From Podarcis pityusensis (lineage: Eukaryota), in assembly GCA_964106645.2 (NCBI GenBank), contig OZ067039.1: 64,000 bases of DNA. One strand, 5' to 3'. Positions 14,331 through 26,000 of the stretch are shown piece by piece; positions within the stretch are counted from its first letter, which is position 1; every line of letters begins with the position of its first letter. The notes below the pieces were generated by a model. That model was not told the origin of the DNA. It ran no database searches and saw only the letters and a program-made list of their open reading frames with translations. Position numbers and translations under genes: made by a program.

Positions 14331-15489
14331 CCATCAAGGCAACCTCTCTCCCAAACCCCCAATCATACCTTCTTTTTTCGTTTTGCTGCCACTGCCAAAT
14401 GATGGAGTATTTGGGGACTAGCAAAATTTGCTTGATCAGGCCTCCAGGACAGGGGTTAGGTACCCCTGCAATAAGGAAGCAATATTTCTGAATAATATCT
14501 GGTTTGAATCATCTAGCAGCAAAATTCATCAAAGAACGTTGGAAACTCAAGCTAAAAAAAAAGCAATCTATAAAAATTGCTCTTAGTTAGAGTGGTATGT
14601 CTAATATTAAAAGATAATTCATTTGGGGAGGTTTAATGGTATAGGCACATGGTCCCTCTTTCTGTCCTCAGGATGTTAAATAAAACCTTCCCTGTTTTCT
14701 GCTTCAAAGGACATTTTACACGAAAGGAAAAGTGAAACAGAATCTTCCTATTTACAGGAATTGGTCATTTATGCACATCTCTTAATGTTTGGCGTTCTTA
14801 TTAGGAAAGCAACTGAATCCTCTCAGTAGACGTGTTTGCCTAGCTCACAAATATTCTACTTAGAACTTCAAAAAAATGTAGCATTATCCTATTTCAGGCT
14901 CACATTTTGATTTTTGTACGCCCTTATAAACATGTATCTGGAACAGTCTCTGGGGCCTGGGCGGGGGGGAGCGGGGAAAGTGGCAGGTAAGGAGAGCGTT
15001 AAGGATGCTGATGTTTCTCTGTTCCAAAGTGCCCCCCCCCCCCAAAAAAAACAGTTTTTATCTAACAAAGTACCATGGCCATTCAGGATTATATTTGTCT
15101 GTCACGTTTAGCGCTACTCTGATGTTCAGTTTTTATTTGTTCACGGACACATACATGCACATTCATGTGTGCTCGTGTTGAGTGAAAGCCAGCAGTTGAA
15201 CAAATATTAATAAATTCCGACTCAATTATTTGTTGCTAGTAACATCCATGGAGGCGCTTGCTGACGTGGCCTCATCCCTTAGATCAGGCTGCCAGGGGAG
15301 GTGGGAGTTCTCTGTCTCCTGAAAGCAGCAGTGCCAGAACCTGTAGAAGATGAAGTAGACGGCACTTGGTCCCTCCCTCTTCTCTCATAGGTCACCCAGG
15401 GATGCAGAGGCAGCTTCACCAGGTGAGATGGGAGAGCGGCAGGGCTGAATAGCCTCCCTGTGCTTCCCTCCTGGGTGTGGGGTGCAGCC

Positions 15490-15512
15490 TGTTTACATTT
15501 CTCTATATATAG
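15490..15512 (+). promoter_or_regulatory. Adjacent forkhead (TGTTTAC) and MEF2/TATA-like (CTATATATAG) motifs about 340 nt upstream of the first exon found
   Basis: Consensus matches only. Confidence 0.3.
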
Positions 15513-15847
15513 CAGAGCCCCCACTGCTGTGCTGCCCGCTCTGCCTCCCAGCCGTGATGAATTGCTGCCTATGTGTGCGCCGTCATTGGAAGGGCCCAGC
15601 CCAGGCCAAAGCAAACACCCTGATGGGAAAAAGAGGCAGATCCTGCCGCCTCTTAGAGAGGCAGTCCGAGGAGCCGAGCAAGAGTCTTTCTCCACTCCCC
15701 CCACTCCTGAGCATGGAGAGAGGAAGGGGTGGTTTGGTCATTGCAAAGCCCTGTTTGTGGGGAAGCTGGCGAGCTGGGAGGCCTCCCAGCTGAGCAGCCG
15801 GGGATGTGCAGCCGGACTTTTCATTCTCTGTTTCTTCTCATTTCCAG

Positions 15848-15886
15848 GTAGCATCATCCTGCCAGCCCCTCCCTCTACCTGAACTG
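15848..15886 (+). CDS. TNS2: TNS2 exon, [13 protein letters not shown] (end of C1 domain), 39 nt
   Basis: tttccag acceptor and gtaagt donor; resembles human VTSACQALPPVEL; phase 0-0. Confidence 0.88.
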
Positions 15887-18800
15887 GTAAGTGTGGGTGT
15901 TTATGCCTTCCCTGTGGCCTTTCCCCATCCCCTACATAGTTGCTGTCTGCTGTGTTTTAGTTCGGTGAGGATGGGGATTTAGCACAAAGCATGACGGCAT
16001 GCAGCTGTATTTCTAAATTCACCATGCTTCTTTGCCTTTCACCTGGCTTCACCTCTGCAAAGGTTTTGGCAGGCATATGCATCAGCAAACCAAACACTGA
16101 TTGAGTTGTCTGTCCCAACCAATTTAACATTTGTTTGGAACTTTTAAAATGATGATAAACTAATTTATGTTGACAAAACTGCTACCAAGGATGAGGCAGG
16201 AGAGGTGTATGTGATACCAGAAGCCCCGAGTCAGCCTGTGCAATGCATTGTCAGATCCTGCCCCATATCTACAGTTCCTTCATAGAATTATAGCATTCCC
16301 CAGGAGTTCCTTCCTAGAGAGAAGATTGTATATGAGCAAATCACAGTGGGTGACTCCGCAGCTTAAAGCAAGGGTGGGGAACCTGTGCCCTCCACATGTT
16401 GTTGAACTGCAACTCCCATCAGCCCCAGCCAGCGTGGCCAATGGCCTCAGCGATGATGGGAGTTGGAGTTCAACAGTTTATGGGGGGACAGATGTTCCAC
16501 AACCAGGAAGGCTAAATACTGGCAGGTGGGTGGATTCCAACCACCACCACCACCTGCCATTGATGAAGTAGTTCTCTGATGAGCTATTCCTTATGAGCCA
16601 AATTGCAGTTGAGGTTATAGGTGGGTCTTTGCTGTGGAGGTTTGTGAGAGTACTCAGTAAGGAAAGTCCTTTCTTCAGAGTGTATAGATGCGTGGATGGG
16701 AATATAGAAGGGAGAGATGGTTTCCTGGGTTGAAAGCCCAGCTGAGCTTTCGATTTGCTGTGTACTCTTGGACACGTTCTGTTTCTTGGTCTTGGCAGTG
16801 GGAACCAAGGCCAGCCCAGCCATTAGGCAGGGTGAGGCTACTGCCTCAGGTGGCGGAAGCTCCTGAGCCAGCATTTCCACGGGCACCACACCACCTCCAC
16901 CAGCAGCAGCAAAGAAGCGGCGCTGGCATTGGCACCAGTTTCAGCCAAGATCAGGGCTATTTGGGGCAGGATCTTGCCTGAAATTGGTGCCATGATGGTG
17001 CTGCTTCTCTGCCCGCAACGGATGTGGCAGGGCACATGGTGCAGGCAGCAATGACAGATAATTGTGGTGGCAGGAGCGGTGGCAACAGTAGGACAGGGCA
17101 GCACTTCCTGATTCACCCCAGGTAGTGAAATGGGATGCACAGCCTGGTGGGAACAGTGTTAACCCGGCTCATAAACTTGTAAGTGCTGTGTGAGAATGTG
17201 AAACAACAACTGCAAGGAACCAGACCAGATTAATGGTAGCAGGAAGCAAAATCTCCCACTGAAGAGGGAATGAAAGAAATGTTAATAATGCAACTTGAGA
17301 GGATGCATTCCCTTGCTGCTGACGTCTGATGGGCCTATTTTCTGAGGGCCAAGACAGGAGTTGCAGCCTTCCCTGTGAGCTAACCTGTTAGCAACTGGGA
17401 GGCGTTCTACCCCACCCAGTGCAAGAAGGGCCAGCTAAAGGCACCATTGTTAGCACAATGATTTTTTTGGCTACTGTCTACCATACAGGAATGTTTCACA
17501 GAAATGCCAAGATACAGATAAGAGGCTGTCTAACTTGCTTGCTCCAGAGGGCCTTGCAGACCCGCACCCCACCCCCAAATTGATTGTGACCTTAACTTGC
17601 CTTGAATCTGGGATCAGCAAAGGTATTCTAGTGACCACACAGGTCAGGAAGACTCAGGAGACTCAGCTCATGGCTGGTTTAGTGATTTAGGAGATGGATG
17701 GTTCCTTGACTCTAGCTTTCCCTCAGCCTTGCAATGGAGGCTGAAAGTGGCTTCATGTTAGTTTTTAGAGAAGTCAAGATAGTAAGAAAGCTGTATGTGA
17801 TTATCTGTAGCGCCACTGTATTGTTTACTTTTCTCTCTTTTATTAATTGTCTTTTTTATGCTTTTCCTTGTTCTATTTGTCCTTTTTTGAAGTTTGTAAC
17901 TGCTTTCTCTGCTTACAAAACAAAACAAAATAAAGGCATATCAGGTGGGTTGCCAGCTTTTTGCTGCAATGACAATGAGCTTGAAAGAACAGGTGTATCC
18001 TCTCTAAAGTGCAACCAAATGTCCACCGCCTCTTCCCAGTCCTGAGGGCAGGCTCTGTTTCCCTCACAGGTTGTCCCAAATTGAACAGACAGTAAAGGAA
18101 GTGAGAGACAAGTAGTCTCCAGGAAATGTAAAGAGGAACCAGGCTGACAACTTATTAATAGCTGTCCATTCAGTGACCAAGGTGTGGGGGGAGGGCAGGA
18201 ATCGGGCCACACGGCCATTTTCTCAGCACAATGAAATTGTAAGTCATTTGTGTTTGGCACGGCGAGACATTCTTTTGACTATGCTGACATTAAAAGATTG
18301 CAACCTGCCTTTCTGGCTGCAATAATCCATGCCAAGCAAAGAGTTCGCAAGCAAGGGTCAACAATTTTTGGCTGAGCTTGTTGACCAAGGCAAAAATGGT
18401 AGTTCCAGCTCCGAGCAGAATTTCTCGAGGGGGAAGCTGGGAGAAGCATGCATTGTTGGAGAAGCTCCCACCCCAAGGGAAAGGGCAAGCTCGTCAGGCT
18501 TGCCAGAGGGTGGTGCCACACTCTGTGTGGTGAGTGCATTTGTTGAAACCTTTTGCCAGGACATGGCAAGCTGCTGAATGCCCTCATCCCATCAAAACAG
18601 TGTGATCTGCTTGGGCCATATCAAGCTATCGTCTTATATCAACTTCACTACCTTATGATCAAGGAAAGAATGGTCATGTAAATTGCAGAGATCACAAGGA
18701 TGTACATACTGTACTTGTTTCTTTTTTAAATTGTGAATTTGCAGTTCATTTAGGGAGGGTATGAGAAGTTTCTTAAAACTTAGGGTCTGCCACTGAAAAT

Positions 18801-19958
18801 AGTACTCCCGTATCAAGTTTTCCCTCTTCCCTTCTATAATATGTTTTAAAAACCACTCCTGTGTCGTGACATCATTGCTTTCCCTACTAGGTGTCATGGG
18901 CAGTAGGGCCGTGGAATTGCACATTTTATGACATCAGAGGGGGGTAAGGCTAATTACACTGTAGCTGGGGGGGAGAATTTGACATGAGGAAGCCATTATC
19001 AGTAGTAGCTCCATTTCACTCGCTTTTTAGTGGTACCTCTAACTCCCATCAGTCTCAACCAGCAAGGCCAATGCTCAGGGTTGATGGGGGTTGTAGTCCA
19101 AAACATATGGAGGGCCCCAGGTTGGCAAAGGCTATCCCAGTAGGAAGGTGTCGTGTCGCTGTTGCCCCTGCGTACCTCTCCTTTGGCTCCGGTTTGTGGA
19201 TCAAGCCATCAAGGAATGAGCTTCAGGCCCCCAACTGCAGCTGGGGAGAGTCCCAGGCATAGAAGCTGCGTGGTGCTGTCTTGCATTTAATGCTCGTCTT
19301 TGTGATTTTGTTTTGCTTTCCTAAACACTCTCCTTCTCCCCATTCTTCCCCATTTGTCAAGAGGAGGAATACAGCTCCAGTCCGGCGTATTGAGCATTTG
19401 GTAAGACTTTGCTTTCTCTAAACTCTCTCTTAACTGTGCCTGCGGGGCTTTCCAGTCTAAAGTTTGATTCACTAGCGACTGAAAACTGTGTTTCTAGACA
19501 CCATGCTGACGTGTAATCAGGAAGGGCATGTAAGGGCATTTTTCTTCTTCTTCTTCTGCTTGTAATTACATTCATTTTTCTACTTAAAAGGTCTTTATTC
19601 ATTTCATGACTCGTTCATTAAAATCGCATTAGGTTCGGTGCACATTAGTCAAAGACACATTTGTTTCATAACTTGAGTTCATTTCTCCCTCTCTCTAACT
19701 TCTTCTAATCTCCCTCTCTCTTTTTAAAAATGCTGACGTGGGAAGGTAGTTGGCTTTGCAGGCGGCCTCCATCTCTTTCCTCCAGGTGCCCCAGAGTTCC
19801 CTGCGAAGACAGATCGATGGTTAAACCACTCTGAGGACTGTAATGCTGTGAGGGGAATAGAGGCCTCCTAACAACGCTCAGCACCCTTAACAAACTGTAC
19901 TTCTCGGGATTCTTTTGGGGAAGCTAATTAAACTGGCATTCTACCACTTTAAACATAA

Positions 19959-20000
<42 letters not shown>

Positions 20001-23000
20001 TAAATTTGTATATTGCCCTTCATCCAAAGATCACAGGGCTGTTCACAACATAAAAAACAAAACAAAATGAGAACACAAAATACATAATAAAACAAGAACA
20101 GACCAATAACCTGCCCTCTCACAATCACATTCAAAAGGCCATAGAATGTTAATCAGCCAAAGTTTTGGTTGAAGATAAATATTTTTGTGGTACATCTTCC
20201 AGCTCCTGCAAATTCCTGACATATTTTTATTAGATATGTCAAAAGTGAACCTGTTAAGTTCACTTTTTAAAAACCTTTCTATCAAGGTGAGTCAATTAAG
20301 ATAGAAGGGATGAAAACAAACTTCTCACTTTCAGAGATATCTATTTATTAATCTATGCATGCTAATCTGAGTGAGGGAAAAGATTAAGATCATTATATTT
20401 TGTTCTTAAGAGGCATAGCCTGAGAAGGAGAGAGCCCTAAACCTATTTGCTTTTTCTACAAATCTCATCCACCAACTCAAGGAGACATTCTCAGCCCATC
20501 AGTCTTAGTAATGGCAATGGTTACCCTGTTATCTTCATATTATTAGCCTTTATATTGCAGGTGGGGAACTGAGGGTGAAACCAGTTAATGGATTAATACA
20601 AGAAGCAAGATTCAGAACAGGGTTTCCTCATTCACAGCTCTGAGACAAACTACATCTTACATTAGTTGTGCTTTTGCAAAAGGCATTATTAAGCGGGCTG
20701 CTTTCATTTTGAAAGAAAAACACCCATGTTGAGCTCCAGGAACAGCCATCCAATTCATCTTTAGGGGCAAATAGCAGTTGGCTAGTTGTGGTAAGGGTGA
20801 CCAGCTTAAGCACGCTTTAAAAAAACATGAATAATGAGCACAGGAACATTGGAAACTCCCTTATATTGAGCTAGGATGTGCTGCAGTAGTGAGATGAGAC
20901 ACAGACCTGTAGACTTCCTTCTGCTTGGGGGGTTGTGGGGATGGGGGGGGCACAAGCCTACGACAGAGGGAGGCAGCAGTGCAGACGCCTTCCCTCCATG
21001 GCAGAATTTGTAGATCTGACATTGGATGACAACAGGAGCAGCAGAAGTGGGGGGAATGTGGGCACAGTACCGTGGTGGGTGGGGCTCAGCATCCCTCTGG
21101 ATATGCATATTGTTCCTTCCCTGGTCATCAGATCAGTCCTTTGATGAGTGGAGAGGGGGCACTGTGAGCTAAGGTGGGGAAACTGTATGCCAGTGTGCAA
21201 ATATATGAAGGTGTGTGCCCCCCCCCCCATATGTGGTCCACGTGCTCACTACTGGCATATGGACCCTGGTAGGCTGCCCAAGGGGAAATGCAGCTCTCAG
21301 GCAAAAAAAAAGTTTGGCCACACTCCTGCTTTAGAGCAATGAATAGAAATAAATCTGTTGCTCTGTTTCCTGCATGCTATTCGTTGCTCTTTTCAGTCAG
21401 AATCACTCTATTCTTGCTTGCTGTTTTGCTTTTGAAGTGCTTTTTTGATGGCTTTCCCCCGACTTCCTCCCTCCCCACATTTATTTTTCAGGGCTCTACC
21501 AAGTCCCTCAACACTGCTAAGCAACGGAACACGCTACCCAGGTAAGGGGTTTGCATTTAGGTTTTGCATTCTTGTCATGCTGACTTGCCTTTGGGACCTA
21601 TAGTTATCCTGTAACTTCTGCAAGCAGCAGATTTGTGCTTTGCAGAAGGTGGTAATTTAAATACCATTCCGTGATTACGAAAGGCATGTGTCTGGAATGC
21701 TCCAACCAATTCTGATTGGCCACATTCAGCTGGAACAAAGACAAAGAGAAACTATAATGTTTATGGGCCCAGGAATGGCCCAGCAATAGTTTTGAGGTAC
21801 ACCTGTCTTGGGCAACCCTGTCTCCCCCACTCCCTTCAACTTTTGGTGGAACCCCTCCAAAATCAGCACCCAAATAAGAAGGCAGTGTAATTTCTAAAGT
21901 ATCTTTGTTTTTGAAGTGTGGCCTTATGATCTCTTGAGATCATATTTTCTATGAGGTTGTGGTGTTTGTCTCAGGAGCCTTGGCTCAGGGGTGGTTTGAT
22001 ATACAATAATATTGATAATGTTCAGTCAGTCAAGTCCCAATTATGTAAACTCATTTCCAATGCAAACTATAGTTGCAGTTGTTCCACATGTCAACACAGT
22101 GCCTGTATTTGAATAGATCCCTGCTTAATTCAAGCTTAATTCATTGGGGATGGCGTTAACATATGGTAGACTTCTGCTTCATCAGTGGAACTTCAGAAAA
22201 TGGAGATTGGTATATCTCACCCACATCACTATCTAATCCCCACTCAGCTAAATTCTGTGAGGCAGGAAGCACTTCCTTTTGTGCCCTGCTTCCTAGGCAC
22301 AGGTCTGGGATTTCTAGGTCTGCATCCAAGTGGGTGGGTTTTTTTATCCCACCACTTTTCCTGGGAAAACCCACTGTTTACCACTGAATTGGAGCAAACG
22401 TTGATTAGGTTTTCTGTGGATTGCCACTGGTTCCAATTCAGCAGTAAACAGCTGTTTTCCCAGGGAAAACAGCACGACAAAAAACCACCCACTTGGGAAC
22501 AGACCTAGAAATCCCAGACCTGTGCCTATAGTCTGAAAAATGGACTATATGGCCCAAGCGAAACCACAATGCCTGAAAGTGCCATTATACTGTTGTGCAC
22601 AAACATAATAAATAACCAGTTGGCAAATTAGAAACCATGTTGGGACATCTTTTCTGAAATCCCCTCTTTTCCATCAACATTTATTCTATTCTTTGGTCCC
22701 TTCTGCAGTGTGGTAAGTTGGGCCTGTGCGGATTAGAAAACAACCATGGCTTGCTTTCCTCAACTCTTCCTTCCTTCCTTCCTTCCTTCCTTCCTTCCTT
22801 CCTTCCTTCCTTCAGGAGTTTCAGTCTAGACCACGTGATGGAACGCAAGTATGACTTTGACCTCACCTACATCACCGAGCGCATCATCTCTGTCTTCTTC
22901 CCCCTGGCCTTGGAGGAGCAGCGTTACCGTGGCAACCTTCGGGAGGTTGCCCAGATGCTAAAATCCAAGCATGAGGACAAGTACATGGTAAAGAAGCCAA

Positions 23001-26000
23001 GGGAAGCCAGGGGTGGCAACGGGTAAAACATCCATTAGGGGGCCATTGCAGTGTGGGCACGTGAAATCAGAAAGTGAGCCATTCTGGATATCTGGGGTTG
23101 AGTGAGTGTGTGAGGGATGCCTGCTTCTTAGAGAGATGGGGAGCACCATACCATGTAGACACAGGATGCTCAGCACAGGAGCGTAGGGATCTTTCTTATA
23201 CTGTGCCCAACCATTGGTGCATCTAGCTCAGTTATTATCTGGCGGTGATTTCAGGCAAGGGTGTTTTTCAGCCCTATCTGGAGACACAGGGGGTAGGAGT
23301 TAGGACCTCCTGCCTGAGAAACAAGTGATCTGCCCCTGAGCCACAGCTCATCCCTTGGAATTCGTCCTCTTCTCCCTGTTCCTCAGTTCAGTCTCCTACC
23401 TGAAGTATGGCATTGGAAATCTGCAAGCCACCAATTCAGATACCCTTGTGGGTATTCTTCTTCTGGGCTGTACAGACACACTTCTGTGTTTTGTAGGCTT
23501 TGCAAAGGAACAGGGAGCACAGAAGATTGATGGAACTGGTCTGGGGAGGGGGAGAAAAGTTGGAATGGGAGGATGGGGAAGGGTTGCCAATGTTTTAATT
23601 TAAAAACAGAGTCCCTGGGCATCAGGGTTGGTGGCAGAACTAGAGCAGACAGAGCCAGGTTAGAATCTGGTGGGGTTTCGCAGCTCGTGCTGGTGAGGGG
23701 CAGAGAAATACTGGCATGATGAGTACAATATTGGCTGGCTGGTAATCGTGCCAGGGGGTCACTGTGAGTAACAGAGGCCAGTGAGATGTCTCTTTGTGTC
23801 AACAGCTCCTCAACCTGTCAGAGAAGCGGCATGACATCATCAGGCTGAACCCCAAGGTGAGGGAGAGAAGGGTTTGGCCTCAAATGCTTATATTGACCTG
23901 GGGACGGAGTTTTGTGGTGGTGGATCTTGAAAATTCTCACAATGGAAACTTGCAAGATAACTGTCTGTGCCTTTCTAAACACAAGGTAAACAGATAGTGA
24001 GTCAAGCTTGCAGCCGTCACTTTTGGCCGTATGCAAATCGCACATTTAAGGCACATGACTCCCCCAAATAATCATAGGAACTTTAGTTTGTTAAGGGTGC
24101 TAGGAATTGTAGCTGTGTGAAGGGTAAGCTACATATTTCTTTGATTTGCATTTTCATAATTAAACTTGGGTTTCCAGTAGCAGGATATAGGGAACGTAAG
24201 AAGCTGCCTTGTGCTGAGTCAGAGTGTTGGTCCAGCTATTTTCTGCATTGACTGAGGTAGCAGATGCTGTGGTGGGGCACTGCTGCTCACCAGTTGGTCA
24301 TATTGTTGTTGCTGCTGCTGCTTTTTAGTGGGATTGGAGAAGGAGGAACAAGGTGGCAGTGAGGTCAACGTGGTACAAGACCACTGGGTTGGCTCTGCCA
24401 GTGCACTTGCACTGCAACAACTCTCCTCCTGGAGGTCAGATGTGTGATGCCACTCCAGTGTCCACTCCTGCCCGGTAATGGCTCTCCAGGTTCAATCCCC
24501 AGCAGGGGATTGATTCAATCCCCAGCAGTGGTCCCAGGTTCAATCCCCAGCATCTGGGAAAGACCAGAGTCTTTCCCAGATGCTGGGGATTGAACCTGGG
24601 ACCACCCGCATGCAAAGCAGATGCTCTTTCCCATTGCTCTGTAGTAAAAAATAAAATACAACCTGACTCTCTTGGCTCTGGTTCCATTTGTTCTGCCTTT
24701 GTATACGCACGTGCCTCCTTAACGCCCATGCTTCTCTCTCCTTCCCGGCACAGGTGCAAGACTTTGGCTGGCCAGACCTCCACGCCCCACCTTTGGACAA
24801 AATCTGCTCCATCTGCAAAGCCATGGAGACCTGGCTGAACTCAGACCCACAGCATGTGGTTGTGCTTCACTGCAAGGTGCAGAGGGAAATTCCCTAATTT
24901 TCCTGGCCATTATAGATGGGCATTTAGGGGAAGTGGCTGTGGATGGTGGAGACAGAGGGGACTGCAAAGACACCAGAGACTGAGGAAAGGGCTTTTGACT
25001 TCTGCAAGTCATGATCTGTGGGTTCTCACAGTCATTCCTCTGTCTCTCCCCCTGCCTCTGAGTTGGTTCCCAGAGTTTTTTGGGAAACTTCTTGCACTCC
25101 TAGGCTGATGGTCCTGCTGCATTTTATGGTCCGAGCTCCAGTGTTTAATGCCCCCCCCTCTCCTTATCCCTCTTTGTGCCAGGGCAATAAGGGCAAGACC
25201 GGCGTGATCGTAGCAGCCTACATGTACTACAGCAAAATCTCTGCAAGGTACCAAGCAATGTGGGGAGGGGGCTGTAGTTGTGTGTGGTAGGCTGTGACTC
25301 TACTTGGCTTCTGTCTTCAGCTCAAGACAGAGACTCCTCAGGGGGCAGCATGCAGGCACCCACTGGCCTCTTTCCTTCCTTCCTTCCTCAGTGCAGACCA
25401 GGCCCTCAGCACACTGACCATGCGCAAGTTCTGCGAGGACAAGGTGGCTGCTTCTCTGCAACCCTCCCAGAAGAGGTGAGGCCTGCAGCTTCACCCCCAC
25501 CCCACTTTCCCCTCTTCCTCTGCTGTCATGCATGTGAAATAAGCTGCAGGATGGGTGGGAAACGCATCATGGCAAGGCGTTGCAGGGGTGTTCTGTGAGA
25601 AACTTTAAGAAAACACAGAAATGGGGTGGATGTGTTTGTGTGCACGTTGCACTAGATACGAAGCCCTTGTGCCTGAGGACCATTCTGGCCATCCAGCATG
25701 CTCTTCTGCTCTCACAAATCCACAAGATCCTCAGGGAGAGAAAAGGTGCTGGTAGTGTTAGGTGCAATAGCTAGGAACAAAGGGAAAATTCAATTCAGTT
25801 CACGTTTAAAGACAAATCTACCAGGTTTGCACTTTCTGGAACAATCCACAAACCGAAACAGCCATCCTTCAAAAGTTGCACTTCTCCAAATTTTGCACTG
25901 CAGTTCTCCAGCTAAGGGCTCATCCATACTTGAAATTGCCCCATTGCTTTCCACTGGGAAAACCTGTGGTTTAATGCTGAATCGGAACAAACGGCAATCT

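Noticed and set aside
14932-14992. ATG followed by a strong donor cag|gtaagg
   Set aside because: Phase 1 is incompatible with the phase-0 exon at 15848. At most a non-coding exon, with no other support.
1-15847. Search for the TNS2 first exon and C1-domain exons (HxF...CxxC, CK...H.KCEAK)
   Set aside because: No such peptide with splice sites was found by eye. They are probably upstream of the window, though a diverged exon could have been missed.
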